Assembly: GCA_964187785.1 (NCBI GenBank)
Contig: OZ076409.1
Span: forward strand, 82,524,001 to 82,588,000
Direction: 5' to 3'
Length of the DNA stretch: 64,000 nucleotides
Source of the DNA: Amphiscolops sp. MND2022
Lineage: Eukaryota
Position numbers and translations under genes: made by a program. Shown piece by piece: positions 27,801 to 40,133 of the stretch. Position 1 is the stretch's first letter; each line of letters begins with the position of its first letter. The notes below the pieces were generated by a model. The model saw only the letters and a list, made by a program, of their open reading frames with translations. It was not told the DNA's origin and made no database searches.

Positions 27801-30114
27801 ACCACTGGGGAGCTACTCGAGAAAGAATGGACAACATCAGGAGAAGAAATAACAGCCCCGAGATTAGAAGACTGGCGGAACAGTGAAACGCGCTATCTCG
27901 GCCAGGAATATTGAGGTGCTGGTACGATCATCAATCACAAAGAACGGCATTTGCACCATCACTGTCGAACAAACGAAGCAGTGAAGAAATCACCGAAAGT
28001 GATCCGGAGGGCGAACAGAATCGGAAGCGGCTATCAACCGATAGTAGTATAAGAAGAAGAAGAATCGGAAGAAATACGGGAAGGAGAAACTGAGCAAGAG
28101 ACGCCCGAATCCTGAGATAGTGTAATCATGCGGGGCGACAAACTATCAATTGTTGATATAACGAAATACAACACCGACGGGAAAGAAGCCAAATACATAC
28201 AAATCAACTACATCGACTGGAAACCTACAACAAACAAGAAAGCAACAGAAGACCACATCAAGGAAGCTGAGTTCGAGTTCATGATGGACCTAAAAACTCT
28301 AATCTCCAAGACGGCAATCGACCCAGAACTGACTCTTATTAGAAACAGCATGCGCCGACAAGAGAAACACTTCCGGAGTGCTACTGAGCAGTTTTCGACA
28401 AACTAGTTATCAGATGGGCATCATATTCGTCGAGGACTACATCGTCATTCCAATAGACCTTAGACGCCCGTTACTATACATCTTGCATTTCGGTTACTCC
28501 AGCATCACCAAACTGACGTCCGAAGCGAAGACATTCTGGTGGCCGGACTTGAAGCAAGACATCGAAAATAAAGTGAAGGACTGCACAGCATGCCTGGCAT
28601 CATGTATAAGCCTTAAATAGCAGTTACCGAACAACACTACGGAAAGTTAGAAAAAGTAACCAAACCAGGCCAAGAATCAAAAATTGATTTTACCGGAAAC
28701 TTACGTAACAAAATCTTACACGGTGAAGTACAAATACAGATGGCGGTGGACAGATTTAGCGAATGGTCTACCTTGAAAACTTGTAAAAACTCGGAAACAA
28801 AAGAGGTGATAAATTTCCTATCGAGCAAATTATTGCACCTGTACGGAATACCAGAAAAAAAAATCCCACAAAAGGGAGCATTCATTTTCAAATAATATAG
28901 ACAATATTGCAAAAGCCGAAATATTGAAATAGAATGCTGCACAACTCTGAACGCACAACGGAAACGGAGTAGTAGAAATATCACTACAAAAACTGAAAAA
29001 TTTGATATTAGCAAATTTGGAGGACGGAATAACTTTAACCGAAAATGTAAACCCAGCGTTACGATTATTGCGTTTTACAATACATGCGGGATTTAAAATA
29101 ACACCGTTCGAATTACACACGGAAGAACCGAATTAACGGATATCGATAAAACCGGAAAACATTTTTGTCTAATTGCTCGAATATTACTATTGCAGCATCG
29201 AACAGACCATAAATCAATTTACGCAGGCCGTGATGCGGAAGGAGAAATCACCAACCACATAATAATGGCAAGTACCAAAACGGGAAAGAAACACCTCAAT
29301 GAAGGTCCCATGTCACCGAAAAAGAAAAATTAGGTTAGATATCCATTCTATCATGTTGAAAAGAACTATAACAAAAAAAATCGTTAGAAAGGAAAATCCA
29401 AAACAAAATACAAAACGCAGTATGCGGAACCGAGAGTACAGTAAAAACGGGTACCGTAAAAACGGGTACCGGAAAAATATTGAACCGAAAATTTAAATCG
29501 GGACCACTATTTCAGACCTAAATATGAGTAAGAAAAGAACCGACCATCAACACAAGCTGTGAAATCACCCCGAAAAACAGACACTGCTTGTGGGGTCTTG
29601 ATGGTAAATACGGAATATGGGACGAAATACTCCGTGACATCATCAACGGGAATCGAAGATGGTCCAAAACCAAAAAAGTACGGGAAGTGAAACTGATGAA
29701 GACGATGATGATGAAGTCGATGAGGAAATGCCGGATGAGACCTGAACACCAAAAATCTATAATAATTCCGAACGTGACGGAAGACACGCACCTATTCGGA
29801 CAAATCTGGAAGGGGATAACTGCAAATGCACACTGACGGTGAGATTTCTGGTGAGATTTTAGAAACAAACATAAGACAATCAAACCGAATTAGAAAAAAA
29901 ACCGAAGAGATACGGCAGAATACCATATACCTGAAACTTTTGGGGTTAGAAAAAGAAAACTAAAATACATTGTCTCTATTACAGGTAATCCCTGGACCAG
30001 AGTGAAAGGACGCCACAACCAGAAGAAATACAAAAGCCATCAGACTTTTTCCCGGAGATGCAACGCCACCCGGACCATCGACGCGAAATTGAGGAGAAAA
30101 GAGAGTGTGGGAAA

Positions 30115-30344
30115 TGTCATATTCGGTTCATTCCGGATTCCTGCTGACCTCTACCGAGTTTCGGTTCATAAACTGTCAGAAACTGTCTAGTCCACCTGAA
30201 TGTTGTTGATAAACTAACATGAAATACATACTTAATTTGATGCTCCATTATATACATTTTGTATCGACATTACAGTCTGTGAACTATAGATTCTTTTAAC
30301 ACATTCTTCTTAACCTAAAATTCGTAATTAGTGAGAGTAGAACA
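30115..30344 (+). repeat. 3' LTR of Gypsy element 1
   Basis: Preceded by the purine tract GAGGAGAAAAGAGAGTGTGGGAAA and followed by TSD ACGCA. Confidence 0.92.
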
Positions 30345-30802
30345 ACGCAAACAGTTGGAGGTACATCAAACCAAAAGTCGCCATAACTAATGAACCTGCA
30401 CGGTACTACGCCCTATAAGTATACTTACATCTTTTTCCCGATTAAAGTTTGCTTCAATTAATATATCTTACTTCATGCTTTTACTTCATTAAGAAAAGAT
30501 CTAGTGCGACGGTTTCAATGCTATTCAGGAAACCTTTACGTTAACAAGAAGTACTTGAGATTCAAATTTGATCTGGAGATAAATGTAATCTGTTATCCTG
30601 TAAAATGGACATAATTTAAATCCTTTCCTTTCCTAGATGCTGTATACTTGAAATCGAAAGGTTCTGTTTCTTGTTAAACTGTTTCCGCCTTCCGGTGACA
30701 AGCAGCTTCGCAAAGGAGGATATAAATGGTCAATTCTTATGATCCGTCTTTCAATTAATTTACTCTCATGGTTTTTTCTTCGGATGAAGTTTAGCACTGA
30801 AG

Positions 30803-31296
30803 TGTCAGGTGTCATCTACTTGTCTGTTTCGATATGAATTTCATTGTGTCAGCTATCAAGTTCAGTCCCGTGGCAAGTTCGCCCATCAATGGTCGGAAGA
30901 TGTATCTTTTCTAGGTTTTCTCTGTAGATTTCACACCATACACTGTTAATCAATATTATCTCAAAACAAGCAAAACTCAGGTAACTTTGATTTTGGTTTA
31001 AGAAAAACGTAATTAACGGAGAAAGTACAACAAAACTCTCTGATAATTATAAACATCAAAGAGTTGTGTAGTACTTTCTCCAATAATTACGTTTTTCTTA
31101 AACCAAAATCAAAGTTACCTGAGTTTTGCGTGTTTTGAGATAATATTGATTAACAGTGTATGGTGTGAAATCCACAGAGAAAACCTAGATAAGATACATC
31201 TTCCGACCATTGATGGGCGAACTTGCCACGGGACTGAACTTGATAGCTGACACAATCAAATTCATATCGAAACAGACAAGTAGATGACACCTGACA
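30803..31296. repeat. 494-bp near-perfect palindrome (foldback element), copy 1
   Basis: TGTCAGGTGTCATC...GATGACACCTGACA; arms pair nearly to the centre at about 31050. Confidence 0.93.
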
Positions 31297-31936
31297 TTAC
31301 AAACATTTTTGGTTTCAATTTCAATAATGAAAATTGCAATGTAATCACTAGTCGAAGTTGCCGCGAAGTTTTACAGGTACCTCCAAAAACTACCGGCTAA
31401 TTTTTTATAAAACAAGGAAAATTCAGGGACCCTGCATGGAAAGATTTTGTAGGATTACTATGCAGCTTTCACTGCTTGAATCAAAATTGAAAACATTTCC
31501 ACTTCTTCACCACCGCGATCACTTTGTTTTCACGGGTAAGTTTCTCAAGCAACTACCTTATGTAAACACCATTAGTCATATAGCACGCTGAATATGACGC
31601 TACTTTGAAACTTATAATGTCGCTACTTTGAAACTTATAATGTGACTGAAAAGTATTTGCATTGAAACCGCGGTAAAATTGATGAAGGTCACAGCTGCTT
31701 TCAAAATTAGAACGGCGTCTTGACGAAACCTGCAAAACTTCGCGGCTCGGAATTGCCGCCAAATTCAGGATCATCTTATAGGCAGCTTGATGAAATTATA
31801 TTGCATGAGTGAAGTTTTAATGCATGGACGTTTCCTTGAGAATTTCATAAAAGAATGAAAAATTAGCTTGGTAGCCTACAAAAACTTGTAAAAAGTTCAA
31901 GCAGTTCCAACCAGGGAGTGTATGATTTCCGCTGTC

Positions 31937-32321
31937 GGCCAAACATTTTCAGCTCTAGAGTTCTGAACTAGTCACTATGTTTAGTAGAGTGTCATTGAAC
32001 CTGTCAACACTATCACGCCTATCGTTGTAAGAACGTAGAAAGATCATATCAATCATGGACCTCGTGAAACGAATCGTACTAAGAAAAACATTTTGGTCTG
32101 ATCCTGCAACGATCGTACTACGATGCAAAGAGTGTCATGACACTCTTTGTCAGAACGTACAAAGCGTTGCAGCCCTAGAAGGAAAAATATGTTTCAAGAT
32201 GAAATTTGTTATGATCTTTGTACGTTCTGACAACGCTAGACGTGATAGTGTCGACAGGGTCACCGACAATCTACTATACACAGTGACAAGTTAAAAACTC
32301 TAAAGCTAAAAATATTTGGCC
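31937..32321. mobile_element. Old MITE-like element with ~115-bp degenerate inverted repeats (second copy at ~36614-36998)
   Basis: GGCCAAACATTTTCAGCTCTAGAG... pairs with ...CTCTAAAGCTAAAAATATTTGGCC. Central palindrome CAAAGAGTGTCATGACACTCTTTG. Confidence 0.7.
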
Positions 32322-34792
32322 ACCAGTCGTTCTGTAGCCCTGTTTTAAAATTTCATTCGGAAAAATTTCACAAATTTAATTGGAACAAAATCTATCACTG
32401 CGCTGTTCTCGTTGAAAATTACCCTCATGACTGATGTGCAAACTAATGCATCTATATCGATCATTTAATTCTGCCAACGTTGTAAATAGCAAAAACAATA
32501 ACTAAAACGGACACTATTTAAAGTCGCAACGAGATCAAAAATATCTATTGACAAAAAAAGAGGGATCCTCTTTTTTGGTACTTTGCAACTCTGTTTTCAT
32601 TTTTTTTCGAATACCAAGAGGTCCCTCGTCATCTTAATTTCTTGACAGAAATATTACAGAAGAAATCACCGAAATTGATCCGGAGGGCGAACAGAATCGG
32701 AAGCGGCTATCAACCGGTAGTAGTATAAGAAGAAGAAGAATCGGAAGAAATACGGGAAGGAGAAACTGAGCAAGAGACGCCCGAATCCTGAGATAGTGTA
32801 ATCATGCGGGGCGACAAACTATCAATTGTTGATATAACGAAATACAACACCGACGGGAAAGAAGCCAAATACATACAAATCAACTACATCGACTGGAAAC
32901 CTACAACAAACAAGAAAGCAACAGAAGACCACATCAAGGAAGCTGAGTTCGAGTTCATGATGGACCTAAAAACTCTAATCTCCAAGACGGCAATCGACCC
33001 AGAACTGACTCTTATTAGAAACAGCATGCGCCGACAAGAGAAACACTTCCGGAGTGCTACTGAGCAGTTTTCGACAAACTAGTTATCAGATGGGCCTCAT
33101 ATTCGTCGAGGACTACATCGTCATTCCAATAGACCTTAGACGCCCGTTACTATACATCTTGCATTTCGGTTACTCCAGCATCACCAAACTGACGTCCGAA
33201 GCGAAGACATTCTGGTGGCCGGACTTGAAGCAAGACATCGAAAATAAAGTGAAGGACTGCACAGCATGCCTGGCATCATGTATAAGCCTTAAATAGCAGA
33301 ACAACACTACGGAAAGTTAGAAAAAGTAACCAAACCAGGCCAAGAATCATTAATTGATTTTACCGGAAACTTACGTAACAAAATCTTACACGGTGAAGTA
33401 CAAATACAGATAGCGGTGGACAGATTTAGCGAATGGTCTACCGTGAAAACTTGTAAAAACTCGGAAACAAAAGAGGTGATAAATTTCCTATCGAGCAAAT
33501 TATTGAACCTGTACGGAATACCAGAAAAAAAATCCCACAAAAGGGAGCATTCATTTTCAAATAATATAGACAATATTGCAAAAGCCGAAATATTGAAATA
33601 GAATGCTGCACAACTCTGAACGCACAACGGAAACGGAGTAGTAGAAATATCACTACAAAAACTGAAAAATTTGATATTAGCAAATTTGGAGGACGGAATA
33701 AATTTAACCGAAAATGTAAACCCAGCGTTACGATTATTGCGTTTTACAATACATGCGGGATTTAAAATAACACCGTTCGAATTACACACGGAAGAACCGA
33801 ATTAACGGATATCGATAAAACCGGAAAACATTTTTGTCTAATTGGTCGAATATTACTATTGCAGCATCGAACAGACCATAAATCAATTTACGCAGGCCGT
33901 GATGCGGAAGGAGAAATCATCAACCACATAATAATGGCAAGTACCAAAACGGGAAAGAGACACCTCACAGAAGGTCCCATGTCACCGAAAAAGAAAAATT
34001 AGGTTAGATATCCATTCTATTTTGTTGAAAAGAAATATAAGAATTATAACAAAAAAATCGTTAGAAAGGAAGTTCCAAAACAAAATACAAAACGCAGTAT
34101 GCGGAACCGAGAGTACAGTAAAAACGGGTACCGTAAAAACGGGTACCGGAAAAATATTAAACCGAAAATATAAATCGGGACCACTATTTTAGACCTAAAT
34201 ATGAGTAAGAAAAGAACCGACCATCAACACGAGCGGTGAAATCAACCCGAAAAACAGACACTGCTTGTGGGGTCTTGATGGTAAATACGGAATATGGGAC
34301 GAAATATTCCGTGACATCATCAACGGGAATCGAAGATGGTCCAAAACCAAAAAAGTACGGGAAGTGAAACTGATGAAGACGATGATGATGAGTCGATAAG
34401 GAAATGCCGGATGAGACCTGAACACCAAAAATCTATGATACTTCCGAACGTGACGGAAGACACGCACCTATACGGACAAATCTGGAAGGGGATAACTGCA
34501 AATGCACACTGACGGTGAGATTTCTGGTGAAATTTTAGAAACAAACATAAGACAATCAAACCGAATTAGAAAAAAAAACCGAAGAGATACGGCAGAATAC
34601 CATATACCTGAAACTTTTGGGGTTAGAAAAATAAAACTAAAATACATTGTCTCTATTACAGGTAATCCCTGGACCAGAGTGAAAGGACGCCACAACCAGA
34701 AGAAATACAAAAGGCATCAGACTTCTTTCCCGGAGATGCAACGCCACCCGGACCATCGACGCGAAATTGAGGAGAAAAGAGAGTGTGGGAAA

Positions 34793-35022
34793 TGTCATAT
34801 TCGGTTCATTCCGGATTCCTGCTGACCTCTACCGAGTTTCGGTTCATAAACTGTCAGAAACTGTCTAGTCCACGTGATTGTTGTTGATAAACTAACATGA
34901 AATACATACTTAATTTGATGCTCCATTATATACATTTTGTATCGACATTACAGTCTGTGAACTATAGATTCTCTTAACACATTCTTCTTAACCTAAAATT
35001 TGTAATTAGTGAGAGTAGAACA
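34793..35022 (+). repeat. Duplicated 3' LTR of Gypsy element 1
   Basis: Near-identical to 30115-30344 and followed by the same ACGCA and flanking sequence. Confidence 0.92.
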
Positions 35023-35479
35023 ACGCAAACAGTTGGAGGTACATCAAACCAAAAGTCGCCATAACTAATGAACCTGCACGGCACTACGCCCTAAGTATAC
35101 TTACATCTTTTTCCCGATTAAAGTTTGCTTCAATTATTATATCTTACTTCATGCTTTTACTTCATTAAGAAATGATCTAGTGCGACGGTTTCAATGCTAT
35201 TCAGGAAACCTTTACGTTAACAAGAAGTACTTGAGATTCAAATTTGATCTGGAGATAAATGTAATCTGTTATCCTGTAAAATGGACATAATTTGAATCCT
35301 TTCATTTCCTAGATGCTGTATACTTGAAATCGAAAGGTTCTGTTTCTTGTTAAACTGTTTGCGCCTTCCGGTGACAAGCAGCTTCGCAAAGGAGGATATA
35401 AATGGTCAATTCTTATGATCCGTCTTTCAATATAATTTACTCTCATGGTTTTTTCTTCTGATGAAGTTTAGCACTGAAG

Positions 35480-35973
35480 TGTCAGGTGTCATCTACTTGT
35501 CTGTTTCGATATGAATTTGATTGTGTCAGCTATCAAGTTCAGTCCCGTGGCAAGTTCGCCCATCAATGGTCGGAAGATGTATCTTTTCTAGGTTTTCTCT
35601 GTAGATTTCACACCATACACTGTTAATCAATATTATCTCAAAACAAGCAAAACTCAGGTAACTTTGATTTTGGTTTAAGAAAAACGTAATTAACTAAGAA
35701 AGTACAACACAACTCTCTGATGTTTATAAACATCAAAGAAATGTGTGGTACTTTCTCCATTAATTACGTTTTTCTTAAACCAAAATCAAAGTTACCTGAG
35801 TTTTGCGTGTTTTGAGATAATATTGATTAACAGTGTATGGTGTGAAATCCTCAGAGAAAACCTAGAAAAGATACATCTTCCGACCATTGATGGGCGAACT
35901 TGCCACGGGACTGAACTTGATAGCTGACACAATCAAATTCATATCGAAACAGACAAGTAGATGACACCTGACA
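35480..35973. repeat. 494-bp palindrome, copy 2
   Basis: Same element in the duplicated unit, with perfect centre TGATGTTTATAAACATCA. Confidence 0.93.
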
Positions 35974-37780
35974 TTACAAACATTTTTGGTTTCAATTTCA
36001 ATAATGAAAATTGCAATGTAATCACTAGTCGAAGTTGCCGCGAAGTTTTACAGGTACCTCCAAAAACTACCGGCTAATTTTTTATAAAACAAGGAAAATT
36101 CAGGGACCCTGCATGGAAAGATTTTGTAGGATTACTATGCAGCTTTCACTGCTTGAATCAAAATTGAAAACATTTCCACTTCTTCACCACCGCGATCACT
36201 TTGTTTTCACGGGTAAGTTTCTCAAGCAACTACCTTATGTAAACACCATTAGTCATATAGCACGCTGAATATGACGCTACTTTGAAACTTATAATGTCGC
36301 TACTTTGAAACTTATAATGTGACTGAAAAGTATTTGCATTGAAACCGCGGTAAAATTGATGAAGGTCACAGCTGCTTTCAAAATTAGAACGGCGTCTTGA
36401 CGAAACCTGCAAAACTTCGCGGCTCGGAATTGCCGCCAAATTCAGGATCATCTTATAGGCAGCTTGATGAAATTATATTGCATGAGTGAAGTTTTAATGC
36501 ATGGACGTTTCCTTGAGAATTTCATAAAAGAATGAAAAATTAGCTTGGTAGCCTACAAAAACTTGTAAAAAGTTCAAGCAGTTCCAACCAGGGAGTGTAT
36601 GATTTCCGCTGTCGGCCAAACATTTTCAGCTCTAGAGTTCTGAACTAGTCACTATGTTTAGTAGACTGTCATTGAACCTGTCAACACTATCACGCCTATC
36701 GTTGTAAGAACGTAGAAAGATCATATCAATCATGGACCTCGTGAAACGAATCGTACTAAGAAAAACATTTTGGTCTGATCCTGCCACGATCGTACTACGA
36801 TGCAAAGAGTGTCATGACACTCTTTGTCAGAACGTACAAAACGTTGCAGCCCTAGAAGGAAAAATATGTTTCAAGATGAAATTTGTTATGATCTTTGTAC
36901 GTTCTGACAACGCTAGACGTGATAGTGTCGACAGGGTCACCGACAATCTACTATACACAGTGACAAGTTAAAAACTCTAAAGCTAAAAATACTTGGCCAC
37001 CAGTCGTTCTGTAGCCCTGTTTTAAAATTTCATTCGGAAAAACTTCACAAATTTAATTGGAACAAAATCTATCACTGCGCTGTTCTCGTTGAAAATTACC
37101 CTCATGACTGATGTGCAAACTAATGCATCTATATCGATCATTTAATTCTGCCAACGTTGTAAATAGCAAAATCAATAACTAAAACGGACACTATTTAAAA
37201 TCGCAACGAGATCAAAAATATCTATTGACAAAAAAGAGGGATCCTCTTTTTTGGTACTTTGCAACTCTGTTTTCATTTTTTTTCGAATACCAAGAGGTCC
37301 CTCGTCATCTTAATTTCTTGACAGAAATATTACAGGTGAATCATTCTGCGACTAAGCAGCGTGTCCACCTGTGACAGTTTTTCAGCACTGACACTTTCCA
37401 AAAAAACTCGAATCAGTTCTTTTTGCTTTCTGAAAAACTTTGAGCTTTGAGTGGGATACAACGTTGTTGTTTCCACTCTTGTTTGTTTTTCCTGCATATT
37501 ACTTTACAGAAATGCACTGGTTTTGCTCTTTCTATAGTACTTTTTCTATAGTTTTTTTTAAAGATGGCTGCAGTTGCTCTAACGATGTGAAGCACGAATC
37601 AGTGCCTCTAATGATATAAAATGAGCCTGTTTTGGTTGTATTTTGCTATGTAAGTCTTTCTTCAGGTTCTGTTTTTGTAACATGTGCGCAACTATTAACC
37701 TAGTTTCAAGTTTTTTTCTGCCAGAACACAAACCCAACCCCGAAGGGCACAATTTGTTTAAGAGACATTTTTTCACGCCA

Positions 37781-37855
37781 CTTGGTCGTCATTCTGGTGG
37801 TTAAGATGCGTTCTTCCCAAGCTGTCGGTGGTGGGTTCGAATCTCACGCAGGGCT
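37781..37855 (+). pseudogene. tRNA-derived sequence (Gly-like; SINE head or tRNA pseudogene)
   Basis: TGGTGGTTAAG A-box-like motif, TTCCCAAGC loop and GGGTTCGAATC B box; stems do not pair well. Confidence 0.45.
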
Positions 37856-39178
37856 AGAATTTGAATATTTTCACAAATCTTGACGAGATCAAAGTGTCCT
37901 CCTTTTGGCTTTTTCGACACTGTTCGACTTTCTTAGAGAATTTTTGTTTTCGAAGCACACTGTCTTCATCATTCAGGGATTTCTGACTATTTCAATTAAT
38001 GGAAAGTTTTGTGCAGTTCACTGTGGGCCCTGTTATGTGAAACTTATTAGTCCGACTAGAATAGTACCTTCAAGGTTCCACCATGAGGACCGATTCCCAT
38101 ATATGCAAACTGCTCACAGTTTAGACAGTATCCTACATGAGTGATATCTACATGGAATCTTCGCAACGAAATTGATACCTTCATTTTCAAGTTTCAAGAT
38201 GTCTTAAACTTGGTTTTTATATTGAGACTCCTGATGTTTTAATGAGTTTGGGGGTCTTGAAAACCCTGGAATGTCGGCGCCCCACATTAGAGCAAAAACT
38301 TTCAATTTTGATAGAACCACTTATAATGAAATGGTCTGAAAAAATTGACAGTGCTTGAGCCAGCTCAATGTCTTAGTTTTTTTGCTCGCATGTATTTTGT
38401 TCATCACATTTTGGTACTTTTGCATGATAAGATCTACAGCAAAACTGAAGGCAATTGTTTCACGAAGGATATCCATTTTGCATGAAGTTTAGATATTGTG
38501 ACCAAAAAACAGAAAGATTCCCCAATTAGTTACAAGGTAATCATAAGAAATCGATATGATTGGGCATGTCTCTTGATTTGATCCATGATTGAGAACACTA
38601 GACGTAAAAGTCTTCCGCTCAAAGCTAAGCCATGATTGTAAATACATGAAATTTTTTAAAAAAACTAAGAGGTTGCTCAGGCACTGCCAGATTTTTCACA
38701 ATTTCTTTGTGAGGAGTTACAGCAAGTTTGAAGGGTTTGCGCTCTTGAATGACCCTCGAACTCATGCAAACATCAGGAGTCTCAACGTAAAAACTAAGTT
38801 TAAGATATGTCTAAAACGTGGAAAGAAAGTTTCCAATTTCGTAGCAAAGATTCCTTGTAAACATAACTGTCGGAGACAGCCTGAAATTATGAGCAGTTTG
38901 CAACTATTGGGATCGGCCCTTATGATGGAAACTTTGAGGTTGTGACATGACGTCATATTATGTACTTATTTACATACGCGCTAAAAATAGTAGTACTGAC
39001 AATTTAGTACCAGTCAATAGTACTACCATTTAACATACATATGCTGACCTATTCACTTAACCTTTATACTTTGACAACACAACACAGATGAGAAGCTAAC
39101 AAACAGTCGGCTGTGCGTTGCATTTTGGAAGTCAAAGTTACGTAATCTTTGTCCGCTTTACAGAAAACTTTCTTCAAA

Positions 39179-39979
39179 ATGGCTGAATTAAACATTGAAA
39201 CAGCATTGAATTCGATTGAAAACACTAATTTAAAGAGTGTTATCTTGCATTTATTGGACAATCTTGCCAAGAAAGATGAGAAAATTATCCATTTATCCAA
39301 TAGAATTACTGACTTAGAGGGAAGAGTGACGGAATTAGAGAAGTATTCGTCTAAAGATTGTATAATTTTTAACAATTTACCAATCCAAAAGAGTTCAATC
39401 CCACTTCAACAGCAGGTATGTCAGTTTCTGAAAGATTACCTCAATTTTAACACATCCCCAGAGAGTTTCAAAGCCTGTCATGTTTTGGGACCATGGAATA
39501 ACGATCGTTTCCCCCCAAGTGTTATTGTTAAATTTGTTTATTTTGCTGAAAAAAATGAGATTTATGGTCGAAAGTCATGGCTAGCCAATAAGCAAAATCA
39601 TCTCAACGGAAAGACGATCTTCATGAACGAGCGTTTACCACCGAACCAATTAGCAATCAAAAAGTATGCCGACGAAAAAGGTCTTGTTACAACTTCCCTA
39701 AACTGCAATATAAAAGTTTTCACAAAAAATGGAGACAAATTTCAGCCCGTTATAGTCAATTCGCTGAGAGCAGTAGATGATATTCAACCAACTGCAGTGA
39801 GAAGAGCAACCAATAAACAAACGCAACCCAAACCAAGCTATGGGGGAACACCAAAACCCGACAGTCAACTGGCTCAAAATGGGAAGCGAATAAGAAGTTC
39901 ACCTGGCGAAAACAACAATGTTATCAAAACTGCTAGAATTCGTGACGATGAACAAGGGAACGTTGCCGAAGCGAATTAA
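39179..39979 (+). CDS. LINE ORF1 (coiled coil plus RRM-like nucleic-acid chaperone)
   Basis: First ATG at 39179. Heptad region (LSNRITDLEGRVTELE) followed by IIFNNLP, ACHVL, VIVKF and IFMNERL motifs. Confidence 0.85.
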   Translation: MAELNIETALNSIENTNLKSVILHLLDNLAKKDEKIIHLSNRITDLEGRVTELEKYSSKDCIIFNNLPIQKSSIPLQQQVCQFLKDYLNFNTSPESFKACHVLGPWNNDRFPPSVIVKFVYFAEKNEIYGRKSWLANKQNHLNGKTIFMNERLPPNQLAIKKYADEKGLVTTSLNCNIKVFTKNGDKFQPVIVNSLRAVDDIQPTAVRRATNKQTQPKPSYGGTPKPDSQLAQNGKRIRSSPGENNNVIKTARIRDDEQGNVAEAN

Positions 39980-40133
39980 CTGCTTGCGGTCAAACTTACT
40001 AATAATATTGTTTTTCTATTTTTAAAGAACTCCGAAAATTTGCAACCCATACCGATTTTGTGATCATACTACACAAAGTTTGACCGCAAACGGTAATAAA
40101 TACCACCACAACAAACAATCTATCCTACTCCTA

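Larger units (their letters stand above)
24613..30344 (+). mobile_element. Ty3/Gypsy LTR retrotransposon, full extent, decayed
   Basis: TG...CA LTRs at 24613-24842 and 30115-30344, TSD ACGCA on both sides, PBS and PPT. Fragments of gag CCHC, protease (IDTGS), RT, RNase H (YSIDELE) and integrase, in Gypsy order. Confidence 0.93.
27983..37335 (+). repeat. Tandem segmental duplication, 2 x ~4.68 kb (27983-32658 and 32659-37335)
   Basis: Identical or near-identical ORFs at an offset of 4676-4677 (28128/32804, 31358/36035, 32055/36732). Junction ATATTACAG|AAGAAATC. Confidence 0.96.
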
